Source: Psammoneis japonica (Eukaryota). Taken from it: DNA of 64,000 bases. The stretch's first letter is position 1. Each line of letters opens with the position of its first letter. The stretch covers positions 1 to 64,000 of the forward strand of contig QPGO01000033.1 in the NCBI GenBank assembly GCA_008632985.1, in the 5' to 3' direction. The position numbers were made by a program, and so were the translations under genes. Positions 47,111 through 58,939 of this stretch are shown in pieces. The notes below the pieces were generated by a model. That model saw only the letters and a program-made list of their open reading frames with translations, did no database searches and had not been told where the DNA came from.

Positions 47111-50100
47111 CAGGGTGGTGGTGCCAATTCAAGCCATTTGTTGTGTGCTCCTGCCACACCTGGTGCACTGGGAGTGTGGGTTGGCTTTGCCAGAGTTTCA
47201 GGGTGGAAGTGCAGCAACACTTAAGGTTGGACTTTGGGCTTTGTTTCAATGCAAACTGCAGAGCTGCTAACTTGGCTGCAGCTGAACTGGAGTGCCAAGA
47301 GTGGCCAGCAGCAGCACCATGATTTTGGTCAAGTCATCTAGATCTCCAGAAGCAAGCAGCACAACAGTTTTGCCAGTCCACATTCCTTGAAGTGACCCAC
47401 TGCACTCTTCTTGGAAATGAGCCAAGACTCAAGCAACTTGCACCTTGGCTCCTCCTGCTGCAGATGACCTCACTGGATGTCACAGCTGTGCTGACTGAAG
47501 TTGTGAGCTGTCTGAGACAAGTCCAGTGAGCATCACAAAAAGCCATTTTGTTGCACACACCTCTGCCAAAAAGCACCGCACGTCATCCATGAAGACAAAT
47601 GTCATCTCTGCAATGATGGACCTGGGAGCACTGCTGAAACAAAATCATGCAGCTGCTGTTTCAGCCTGTCACTTGCAGGTCCATTGCTGCTTCAAAGTGA
47701 TCTCAGCTCAGCAGCGTGGTCAGTGTGACATGAGAAAGTTTTCAGCTGAAGAGCTCTCCAATGGGTGGAAGGACAGACACAACAAAAAAGACTGAGTGTT
47801 GCCAAAGAGGTGACCCATGACTCTGATCCAGCTGTGTGCCAGTTGTGTGGGGACAGAAGCAAAAAGTGCTTCTGAAAAGCAAGCAACCATTCTGGAGATG
47901 CTGCAGAACCCCCTCAATTGTTGAAAAAGCTCTGGCAGTGCTGTTTGAGTCTCATCCACTCCAACAAGTGCATGAGTGGCACTCATGAGTAATTTTCCAA
48001 GCAAAGAGAGGCAGGAGGCAGCCACTCTCATGGCTCTCTGCAGGTGTGGCTCTCCTTGGTCTTTTTGGCATTCTGGTTGCTTGTCACGGTTGGCAGGCAC
48101 CACTCATGTGGGGCTGATGGAACAGAGTTTGGTGGCTGGCTGTCAACATTTGCATGCTGCAGCTTGAGTGGCTGACCCTCTGCACCCCATTTTTTAAGCA
48201 CTTGGCAAATGTGCTGGGAAAGGCTGTGCCCCTCCCCCCAGAAGCATGCGCTTCTCTTCTTGGTGGAGGAGCAGGGGAAGGTGGCAGAATTGCCGCAGTT
48301 GTGGTGCACCAGTTCTCCATCCTTTCCTTCTCTAATTTCTCCTTGGTTTGATGTTGTGAACAGAGAAGAAATTTGGCAATCTGGTGCTGGCAATGCAAGA
48401 GGCCCAGAGAAACATTGTCAACAAAAGCATCTTTGTTGGTTGGGGGCACATGCGCGACATCACCTGGTGCTGGCACGGGGTGCAGACAGTGGGTGCAGTG
48501 CAGGGTGAAACAGTGTCATGTGGGTGGGGAACAAGCAGGTTCTGAAGATGGGAGCAGCAAGTTGTGCATGCAGTTTGGTGGAGCATCAGAGAAGTTGCTC
48601 AGCGAGGGACTTGGTGGCAGCAAAACTGCTGGCTGAAGCCAGTGGGCAGGAGTGTTGGCAGCATGGTGAGCAAGTCCAAATTGGGCAGAGGTGATGGTGG
48701 TCAATGAAGCTGCAGCAGCAGGAAAAAGGCCCAATGTAGAGAGTTGAGTGTTGGCACAGGCCCAGGCAGCATGTGCAGACAGGTGTTGGGAGGAGGAGGG
48801 TGCTGAGTTCCAGGGCGGAGCAGGAGGGGGGGTGTTGGATGTTGGCACCGCTCTTGGTTGGCTCCAAAGAGAAGGCAGTGAGCAAAGCATCCAGGGGCTC
48901 CGAGGTGGTCTGTGGCGTGAAGGGCATTGGGTGGATGCCATCTTTGTCAAGGGAAGTGATCATGGCAGTGCCGCATTTCGCAGCCAAGACTCTAAGCCAA
49001 GCAAGGAGAGGACCTCCTTGACTGGACCGAGAGTCACCGCACGAATGTGGGAGCGAAATGGGTTGAAGGACGGACGACGGACGAGACGAGCGGAAACGAG
49101 GCCAGCCCAAGGGATCCCCTCATTGTCTGGCAGGATGGGAGACACCATGGTGCTGTCGGAGGCGTCTCCTGGGAGATGCCAACGATGAAAATCGAATGGT
49201 TTTTCTCCCTCTCCTGTCAGTCAATGCTGAAAATCCCTTGCGTGGTCTGCTTGCGCAGCCGGGAGTGTCTCGTGCATTGGCACTGTTTGCCACCACGCCA
49301 TTTCGGCGCTATCCTGTGGATGCACCTCCCAATTTTTTTTGCTGTTAATGCTGACTACGGCCACGCCATCTTGGCGCCATGTCATGTGGGCATTGCTCTA
49401 AATCCCGACTGGGTCCGCTCATTGGCGGGGACCGCTTCAGCGGCCGAGGATTGCCTCGCACTCTGGCCTGTTTGCCACACCTTTCAACGGTGCTTTCTTA
49501 CAAGGAGCACATCCTCATTTGGACGGTCTCAGTGCCATTAAAGTCCCGCATGGGCAAACAGCAGTGTGGCTTTTTCATTCCGCCTGCCACTTTCTCCTGA
49601 ACGCCCAGGTTGGGTCTTTTTCTTTTGCCGCTCTGCGGTCCATGGTCATCGCCTTCCCCCTCGGCGTGTCCAATTTTTTTCCCTCTCCCAGGGATGCAGT
49701 GTGTTCAGGCTTGTGTGCCAGTGCACTGCAGCGTTGGAATTACCAGTTCTATCTGGTCGATGTCAATTGCACGCACATGTGTGCATTCCCGCGAGGGTTT
49801 GGTCAAAACGAAATTTACCACCACGTTTCGGGGTTTTTCGTCTTCTCGCGAAATGCGCGCCATCACGATGATGAATGGTGATGGAAACTGACCCGTCACA
49901 TGGGGGATGAAACTTGGATTTCTTCTTGTCTCCATTCATTGGATAAGTGCAGGAATCGCGAAGGGTTACGTTTGCGGAACTGACACGGCATCAGTCAACG
50001 CTTGTCCTTCTCGAGCAATTTCCACACGCTGGTGTCCTTCACTTTCCGGTGAGATTGCTCTCACTTTTCCTTTTTTTGCGATCGGACGAGCCTTCAGTTT

Positions 50101-50122
50101 TCTGCTGCCCTGTTGTTCCACC

Positions 50123-52360
50123 ATGAGCCAAGCCCACGCTGCTGCCATCAACCGCGGTGAGCTCTCCGCTGCAAAGCGGCACTCCGCCGCTTTGCCCTCC
50201 TCCACGGGTGCGATCGAGTCTGTCTCAACTGCTGTCCACCGTGACACCCAGAAGGAGCTACGAGACCATGTCTTCGCGACCTCTGACCTTTTCTACGCGG
50301 TCCATAATCGCAAGATTGCGGTTGTGGCGAAACCTCGCCCCAGGCAGCACGCCGATGGGAATCTAAAGTGGATCGGGAGCCTCTCGGATGCGATCGGCGA
50401 GGTCATCCCGATGTCTGGCAGTTGGACTCGTTTCCAAGGCCATGTGACCACTCTAGTCCCCCAGGGCGCTGTGGATGCTCATCACCTGCCCAAGTGCGAA
50501 CTCAGCCCTGACGAGATTGACGGTCCCGTTGGCAACGACGGCAACAACGTGCCGGCGTCGATGGGTCGTCTCCATTTTGGGAATCCTTCCGGACCGGCAG
50601 AGCGTCCCTCCATCGTCGCGCTCCCGATGTTCCTGCCAATCCCAACGGGCATCACCCTTCCTGTTGACTTCGACCCAGCAGATCCCCCAGCATCCCTTGC
50701 CACTGACTTTCTGCTCGGAGCGGTTTGGGCTCAGGGCATGTCCTGGTTGCTTCAGCACAACGCTTCTGTCTCTGTCACGGAAGGCGGCCCTGTGTTTGAG
50801 CAGAACGGTTTTGCAATTGTCGATGAGTTTGCAGGCCTCAAGATCTACAATCTTGATGACAATGATGTGCAGATGCTCCAACCTCTGACGGATTGGTGCA
50901 CACCAGTCAAGACCACGATGGACGCCTTTGCGGATGAGACCTGGAGGCACCTCGGTGGAGAAGAGCCCGCGCAGATGCAAGCTCCCGCCGCCCCAGCCCA
51001 AGGCACCAACGGACAGGTTCCGAACTGTGCCATCCACATCCCGCGCCAGGACTCGAAGAAAGAGTCAGACCAGAAGCTGAGGGCGCGCCGACATTGGTTG
51101 CCGCTGGTCACTCTGTGCGTTCCGAGCGACTGCTGGTGCAGGTCCGGAGGACCCGCCTGTGATCATCGTGGGCGAGCTTGCAGACCAAGCGGTTGAGATT
51201 CTTCAGGACACGTCGGCTGCCAATGCAAACCGTGACCTCGCGGATCTTGTTAAGATGGCCATTGTTGCATCAGCCCATGGTGATGGCAGTCTAGACGCTG
51301 GGGTCGACTGCAAGTGCACCATCGTCAACAAGGCCCACACGGACTGTTTCCGCGGCTTTAATGTGGTTGCGGAGCCCCCGCAGTGTGGCCAGGCTTCGCA
51401 CCATACGAAGCTGTCTGTCCTTCCTTTTCTTCCCCCGAAGACTGCATCATCTTCATTTGCTGGTCTCGAGGACGAAGGGAGGGTGCTCCATCGGGTGCTT
51501 GCTGACGGCTCCGACTGCAAGATCCCTGATGACGCGAAGGCAAGCGACCTTCATGTCCAAGGAAGGATGGACACCGCCAGCGATCTGTGGTCAGTGCTTT
51601 GCAACTTTCGCTGTGTCCTTGGATGCTGGATCAAGGACTTCGACAATGCGGAGCTGTGGAAGTCCCTGGATGCGTGCGCAAAGGTTCTTTGGTCGCACCC
51701 GGGCCGCACGTGGCTCAAGAATCTCGAGGACCCCAAACCAGTCGTCGCTGGCATCCCAGACGATTTCCAGACTATCATCAAAGTCTGCTTTGAGATCGGA
51801 GACTCTCCATTGTACCGTCAGGCGGTAGAAACCGAGCGTCCACTGAGCCATCAGATGGCAAAGGACGCCCGCACTCTGGTCAAGTCCCTCATTGCGGACC
51901 TCAACACCGCAATCACGCGGGGCAAGCCTCTGGCCTTTGTGGAGGCATCTACGTTGGCCCTTGTCCCCCCAGGCAACTCTGTGTTCCTCTCTGCCAGCGG
52001 AACGAAGGATGATGCGACCAAGTCTGGTCAACCTCTGAATGAGAAGCCGCGCACGGGGGAAACAGATGACAAAACCGCCGAGCTCTGCAAGGCGATGGGC
52101 ATGCTCAATTTTTCGGGCACGAAGCGGCTCCCGACCAGCCCCGTTTTCTACAAGAAGCGAGGATCAGATCAGGAGGAACGCATCTGCATGCACTTTTGTG
52201 CTGAGGGGCACTTCTGCAAATTCCCCAACTGCCCGAAGCCCCACCCATCGTCACTCTCCAAGATTCCGAGTGAAAAGAGGGATGCCTTTTGCCAATTTGT
52301 CAAAGACACCCCGGGGCTCGATTTTGTTCCTGGCAAGGGCCCAGACGGTGCGTCCCAATC
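50123..52360 (+). pseudogene. gag-like ORF of the YR element with C-terminal CCCH zinc finger, frameshifted near 51.1 kb
   Basis: Frames 49907..51196 and 51159.. are collinear. Contains CMHFCAEGHFCKFPNCPKPH. Confidence 0.6.
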
Positions 52361-52484
52361 AGGTTCGAATGTTCCCAGTCTATGCACCATGCCCTGTTGC
52401 CAATGCAGTGTTGTCCAAAACTGTTCCATTTTTCACTCTCGATTAGTCTACGTTGTCCCTGACAGGTCCGTTCGTCTCATCGCA

Positions 52485-55346
52485 ATGGATGTCGACGACG
52501 ACAGCGATCAGGAGTACAAGGTGATCGATGCAGAGCAAGACGAGACCGGAGTGAGTGTCGCTGAAGCCATCCCAGCTGTTGACGCTGCACTTGCCACGTC
52601 GGTGAAGGAGCCGCACCCGAGCCCACGCCGAGGTGCGGTCACGCCGCAGCCTCCCGTCGACGAGAATGAGCTGATCGAGCTGTTCCCTGCCTTCTCCATG
52701 GTCCATAAGAAGAAAGGGACCGATTTGATTCCTGCAATCAATGACGGCTTCAATGAGAAGGCACGTGAGCACTTTGCCAACACGGAACTGTCACCGGGCG
52801 TGCGTGCTAAATTGGACCAAAAATTCGGCAAGGAAAACTTGAATCAATGTTTCTTGTCGGAAGCGTGTTTGCGTCATGTGTTGCTGCCGCTGTTGAAATC
52901 TGGATGCATGTCGCCACCGGTTGATTGCACGAGTGACTCGTCTGCCCAAATCGTCTTTGGGGGCGATTGGGAGAACTTCGGAGCGGCCATCCCGGAAGTA
53001 GCCGAGTTTATGAGCCTGGTCCGGGAATGTGGCGACATCGACTTTAATCCTCTCCAAGGCTGCCCCGAGGGATGGCAAAAAGAGACAACGGTTAATGCGG
53101 ATAGAGCTGCGATGACAACTGCCGCGTTGTTGCATTTTGATGGCGACCCAGCAAACCTCGTTCGCTGGGTTGGCGGACCGCACGTCGGTGAACACAGATG
53201 CACGCAGAAAATGCTCCGCTTTCTACAAGGTCGTGCACCCGACGAGACAACAGCACACGTTTGCCGCATCTTCCAAGACGGGGCGCCAGCGAAATGCAAC
53301 ACTGCTTTCACTGAAGCCAACTTCCAAGCAGCTCTCAAGTGCGGAAACCACAAGACCGTCGACGCTGCACCTGACAAAACATTGGCGGCAGTCGTCAAGG
53401 ACAATCGCAAGGGTTTCACGCTGCTTTTTGACCAGCGTCTGGTGCCGCACTTGCTGAACTGCCATCTCACTCCTCAGGGGATGGTGGACCTTGACAAGAA
53501 ATGCAAGAGTCCGCGCCCTGTCTTCGACAGCACGATGCGAGCGACTCCGGGTGGCATGGCAATCAACGACACGTTGGACCTCAAGCACGAACCGCCAATC
53601 ACGTTCCCATCAGCGGAAATGGACTTTATGGTGTGGACATGGAACATGAGAATGTCCCACCCACACGAGGAGATCTGCCTCGGCGATGATGATGTGAGTG
53701 GCGCTTTCCGCAACATGAAGCACCACCCGAACCTCATCGGGATGCACGCCAGCGTCCAGTGTGGACTGGGCATCCTGCAGACGGGTTGCACCTTCGGCGA
53801 TGAGACCAACCCAAGCAACTGGGACGCTGTTGCCAACGCAAGACAATGCCTTGCTCAACAATTCTGGCTGGTGCCCAACGTGGTGGAACTCGCCCAGCAG
53901 CATCTCCCGACGACATCATTCGCCGAACCTCCCACAGCTGAAGAGGTGGCGTCATTCTGTCCTGCGGAAGCAGACGCTGTCAATCCGGGTGTGTTCCTAG
54001 ATGGCAACCGTTTGCCACCAACATGCAAGCACCACGTCGACGATGACTTCTACGGAGACATGCGTGACTTGATGAAAAGAACAGTCGCTGCGAGCGCCCT
54101 GGCCGTGCATGTTTTGTTGGGCTTCCCACGCGATGAAACTCCGGATTTCCCAAGCAAAGAGAAACTGGACACACTGTGCTTGCATCTCCGACGAGCCCCA
54201 GGAAGGCACTTCAACTCAAGAGTGCTGTCGGTGGGAATGCTCCCATGCAAACGAGAACAGTTCCTTGAAACTTTGCGAGAATGGCACGACAAACAACGGC
54301 ACACACTGTTGGATGCAGCGAACCCAAATGGTCAATGTGAATTCCACACGCGGCATTGTCCATGGGCTCGGCCGAATTTTTTTGCACTCCAGAACTCCAT
54401 GCGGCGGGCTGTGGTCGTCCAATGCACCATTGTCAAACGAATCATGGAGCGACAAAATTTCAAATTAAATTTTGAAACTCAACTGCTGAGTCATCTCAGA
54501 AATGGGCTGCCGAGCTTGCTCGCGCGCACACAGGCCCAGCTCCTCTGTCAGCTGAAGACCGAGATCCCGATGACATCTGATGTCATTGATGTGACAAAGG
54601 GTGCAGTGTCCCACATCGAATCAACGCCAGACCCATGGTCAGCACCGATTGGATGTGTCATGCCATGAGTGCCACATTGCCAGGCAATTGGAGATGCCAG
54701 TGACGCAGGTGGAGGAGCCTGCTGCGCGGAACTCAAATTTTGGTTCGCATTTCTTTGGGGACCAAAAACAGCGAAAGGGCTCCGGCTGAGGAAGGCCTCC
54801 GACCCAGAACATGTCCACATCAACACAGCAGAGTTTGTTGTCATCACACTCAAGCTGGCAGCTACAATTGTCCGCATGGAGACTGTGACCCGAGAACGGG
54901 CCCATGAGTTCTTCCGGAACGGCATCGTCCCGCTGTACCTGGTCGTCAGGAGTCGTTCAGACAACATGGTGTCGGTCAACCGGTCCAACAAAGCAACGTC
55001 AAAGTCGCCACAGGGGCAACGATTTGTCTGGGTCTTCTGCGAATTGCTCCGCCGTGCTCGTGCCAACTTCAACGGAGATCACATCTTTGGCGACGAAAAT
55101 TTTGTTGCCGACGACATCTCACGACCTTCTGTTTTTGCCTTGATCTCGCATCGCACCCATTCTGAACAGCTGTTTCGGAAGCATCCCTTTCTGAAGACCT
55201 GGGACTGTTTCCAGCCGAGTCAAGAGCTGCTGCAGCTCCTCTCCTCACAGCTGTCCACCAAGCACAGAATGGCACCCCAGATCCCAAGCGACTTGGGACA
55301 GCTCGATCCCGCAAAATCCATTTCCTCCACTTTTACAAGAGCATGA
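52485..55346 (+). pseudogene. RT and RNase H of the YR element; in-frame TGA at 54666-54668
   Basis: RPVFDST, LGDDDVSGAFR, TFG..NPSNW and HVDDD (decayed YVDD). RNase H motifs IGDAS, HINTAE, SDN and ENFVADDISR. Confidence 0.85.
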
Positions 55347-56422
55347 AGTGGCATCTAGGAGATCCGGAAATGACTGTGATTGGCAAGGACCTGAAGCGCT
55401 GCCAACTGGTGCCAGCTGTGCATGCTTTGCATCTAGCCAGCGGCTCCACTCTCTGCTGCAAGAATGTCTCCTCAGGTGCCATCAAGGAACATGTCCACGA
55501 CGTGTCAACGTTCGTGTCTCCATTTGGTTCCACGCATCGGGACGTCCGTAAAGACAACAGCATGGACACCAAGATGGGGTGGATCCTCAGGGGAGCATTC
55601 GATGAACTCCAATGGCATGAGAAAGTCCCGGAAAGGCACGAGTCACACACATTGCTCATGCAGCAACAAGCGACGTCAATGGCAGACACTGTGCGAGAAA
55701 CCGACCCGGATGCGATCGAAGTGGTCCTCGCTGACTGGTTTGAGATTGGGCCAATGGCCGGCTTGCGAAGTGTCGAATGGGCCCAATCCAATGAACACTC
55801 AGAACTGGAGAATCCAAGGCTGAACATCTTCGAGGAGACCTGCGCGTTCTGCCTCGACGACGTCCGATGCGAGACAAAAGACAAGCACCGACACACCGGG
55901 GCGGATTGTCTTGTCCCCAAGCAAGAGGATGTCGAAAGCATGTGTGTCATGTTCCGAGCTCAGAAGAACATGCACAATGGTGAGGAACGCCAGTTTGCAA
56001 TGAACCTCGATGGCAAGCACGACTTGGCAAAGCCGATGCTTTGCGTCATCCGACGTTTCGTGCAGGTCCGTGGCAAGGATGACAAGATCTGCCCCCTTGC
56101 TCTCTACTTTGATCCAGAGAAGGGCAAGTGCCGTCTCGTCACGTCCAAGAAAATCGAGACCCACATGCGCCGAATTGCCACAGAAGTGTGCCACCTCGAC
56201 CCGGTGAAAGACAAGAAAGCTCTTGGCAAATGGTCAGCTCACTCCCTCCGTGTTGGAGCCTGCAACATCCTTCACGAGATGAACTTTAGTGGCGAGCAGA
56301 TTAAATGGCTGCTCAGATGGCGATCTGATGCCTTTGTGGCTTGTCTCCGCAACTGCCTGGGTCTTTCCGAGGCCCATTGTCAAGCTCTCGACAAGGCGGC
56401 ACCCATGCCGTTCTTCGATTAA
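55343..56422 (+). pseudogene. Tyrosine recombinase with catalytic Tyr replaced by Cys
   Basis: GLRSVE (catalytic R), FRAQKN (K), HSLRVGA (HxxR) and RWRSDAFVACLR, where Tyr is expected at the Cys. Confidence 0.88.
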
Positions 56423-57647
56423 TTCCTTTACACGGATTCAATGTGTCCCCTTTCCACGCGTCCTCTCTGCGTGATGTAAAATCGCACACTGTCGTCCCAT
56501 TGCATCTGAAATTTCAATTTTGAAATTCGAAATTTGATCCCAGCAACGTGATCGTGTGTGTGCATTCAGGAGGAACATTCGTTCCTCCATCATGTCTGAA
56601 GAAAATGGATTTTTTTTTTTCCGGTTGGCTCTGCCTCCGATGACATGGGCGCGTTCGCAATGCTTCCAGCATTCCGCGTCGGCAGCATGGTCTGCACACA
56701 GTGAAAAAGGGAACCAATTGCTTGGCACTGGTGATTCCAAGCCCAGTCCCATGTCCCAATTGCTTCACCTGCTAGCGACTGTTTTCATCGTGGCAACAAT
56801 GTGAGTCTGTGTGCGGGTGTGAGTGCTGCGTGTGTCACAGACGACACCAATGTGTTGCATCGATGGATGAGAGACGCTTCCACTGTGCCATGTCATCGGA
56901 GTGCAGACAGCCGAGGCGGAGGCAGGGAATCCGTGGGATTCTCGCAGCCAAGACTCTAAGCCAAGCAAGGAGAGGACCTCCTTGACTGGACCGAGAGTCA
57001 CCGCGCGAATGTAGGAGCGAAATGGGTTGAAGGACGGACGACAGACGAGACGAGCGGAAACGAGGCCAGCCCAAGGGATCCCCTCATTGTCTGGCAGGAT
57101 GGGAGACACCATGGTGCTGTCGGAGGCGTCTCCTAGGAGATGCCAACGATGAAAATCGAAAACCCACCACTCCCTCCCCTGTACACAGTGAAAAAGGGAA
57201 CCAATTGCTTGGCACTGGCGATTCCAAGCCCAGTCCCATGTCCTAATTGCTTCACCCACTAGCGACTATTTTCATCGTGGCAACAATATGAGTCTATATA
57301 CGGATATGAGTACTACGTATATTATAGACGACACCAATGTGTTGCATCGATAGATAAGAGACGCTTCCACTGTGCCATGTCATCGGAGTGCAGACAGCCG
57401 AGGCGGAGGCAGGGAATCCGTGGGATTCGGGCTTCGTGGGTTGCGTCGAATTTCGACCTCACTTTTCTTTTCACTTCCACCGCACACCGTACACCGCGCA
57501 CACCGCACCGCAAAAATCGTCGAAACGCGAGAAGGGAAAACGTATGAGAGAGAAAGGGATACGATAACGTAAACAAACTCCAAACAGCAGTTGTTACTGC
57601 CATTGCCTGACTACATACAAGAGCACATTGCCATATAGTAAGACACA

Positions 57648-58511
57648 ATGGTTCTAGAAGCACGAGAAGTGGTGTACTGCGGAGCATGTGGAATGCCACC
57701 GGAGTATTGTGAATACGGGCCAGACTTTGAATCGCACTGTTTGCCGTGGCTAAAGGAAAATCACAAGGAAATGTACATTAAATTGCACTCGAATAAAAAC
57801 AAGGACGAAGACGGTGATGCTGCCAAGGAGGAGCGCCCTGAACGACCATGGACAACAGAAGAACGATTAGTTGCTTTTTATACAAAGTACCTGCCAGAAA
57901 AGGTATGAGTATGTTTGATGGCTTCCTCGCTGCCAAACTGTGTGTCTGCTCGACGATTTCTCAATCTCTGACGCATTCCAATCGTCTTTATTATTCACTA
58001 GATCGACGGAGTCCCAGCTCTACTAGAAAAGTACGAAGGAAAGCATGACAAGCTTTTTCAGGCTCTCGTGAAGAAGTACGGGCCTGAACCGGACGATCCT
58101 TACTATGCCGAAAGCAGTGACGACGAAGACAGCGATTTGGCTGAAGAAATGGGACAAGCTTCGCTGTCAGACGGCAAGAAGAAGAAGCGCCGAGGCGTTG
58201 CCGCTAAGAAAGCCACCAAGGTGGATACCCGAGTGGTGATTCAAAAGATTTCGCGGAACAAACGCAAGGCCGTCACAATTGTTGTTGGGATGGATACCGT
58301 GCCGAATGTCAATCTCAAAGATGTGGCCAAGGCGTTCTCGAAACGCTTTGCCGGGTCGTCGTCTGTCAAGGATGGGACGCATGGGAAAGAAATTATTATC
58401 CAGGGTGATCATGTGGATGATGTTGCAGACATGGTTGTATCCAAGTTTGGTGTGCCTTCGGATTCAGTGTTTTTGGATGAAGGTGGAGAACTAGTGCCGT
58501 ATGATGCATGA
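57648..58511 (+). CDS. DENR: Density-regulated protein / TMA22 (SUI1 domain); intron 57903..58001
   Basis: VVYCGACGMPPEYCEYGP, RNKRKAVTIVVG, FSKRFAGSSSV and IIIQGD. Confidence 0.92.
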
Positions 58512-58939
58512 TCGTTGAGCTAGTAAATGACGTTGGAGATGGACTGATACAGTGTGCCGACTTGACCTTGAGCGCGTGCAACTGAATTCTTTCTTTTCAG
58601 ACGAGAAGCAGTAGATGACGTGACTTGTTTAGAGTAAGATGATCGCGACGTGACGAAGATCCCCCTTTTAATGTATCTTTAAAATCAAGTTGACGTTTTC
58701 AGCTGCAATGCAATGAGTTGTGTCGTTCTGTGCGTGCATCTTCTAAGCACCAAAGCTTGTTACCGGTACGAGAAACGATGGAAAGGTTGCGCCATAACAA
58801 TGACAACTGACGAAGATAAAAGCAGAGGAAGGCACTGACAGTTGTTTGGATCTTTGTCCACAGACCCCACACATGAAGAGATGATGCTCAGAAGAGAGAT
58901 GGAGATAGATGGAATGCACCTCACGCCTGAAATAAATAA

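Larger units (their letters stand above)
43741..57180. other. TpA-depleted repeat domain 2
   Basis: TA nearly vanishes after about 43740. The 44-48.9 kb part is also strongly CpG-poor. TA returns inside the last terminal repeat, at about 57180-57360. Confidence 0.85.
48978..57428 (+). mobile_element. Tyrosine-recombinase retrotransposon with split direct repeats (Ngaro/PAT-type, A1-ORFs-B1-A2-B2)
   Basis: A1 48978..49196 matches A2 56942..57160 (219 bp). B1 56692..56941 matches B2 57179..57428 (250 bp). Internal gag-like, RT, RNase H and YR frames. Confidence 0.93.

Noticed and set aside
43741..48950. Dense overlapping Cys/His-rich ORFs in all six frames (also at 9.3-19.3 kb and 59-61.8 kb)
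   Set aside because: A by-product of TpA loss, which removes TAA/TAG stops and enriches TG/CA codons. They are not credible genes or metal-binding proteins.
56692..57428. CRISPR array or simple tandem duplication
   Set aside because: The repeats are 219 and 250 bp in B1-A2-B2 order with A1 8 kb upstream, the split-repeat structure of a YR retrotransposon.
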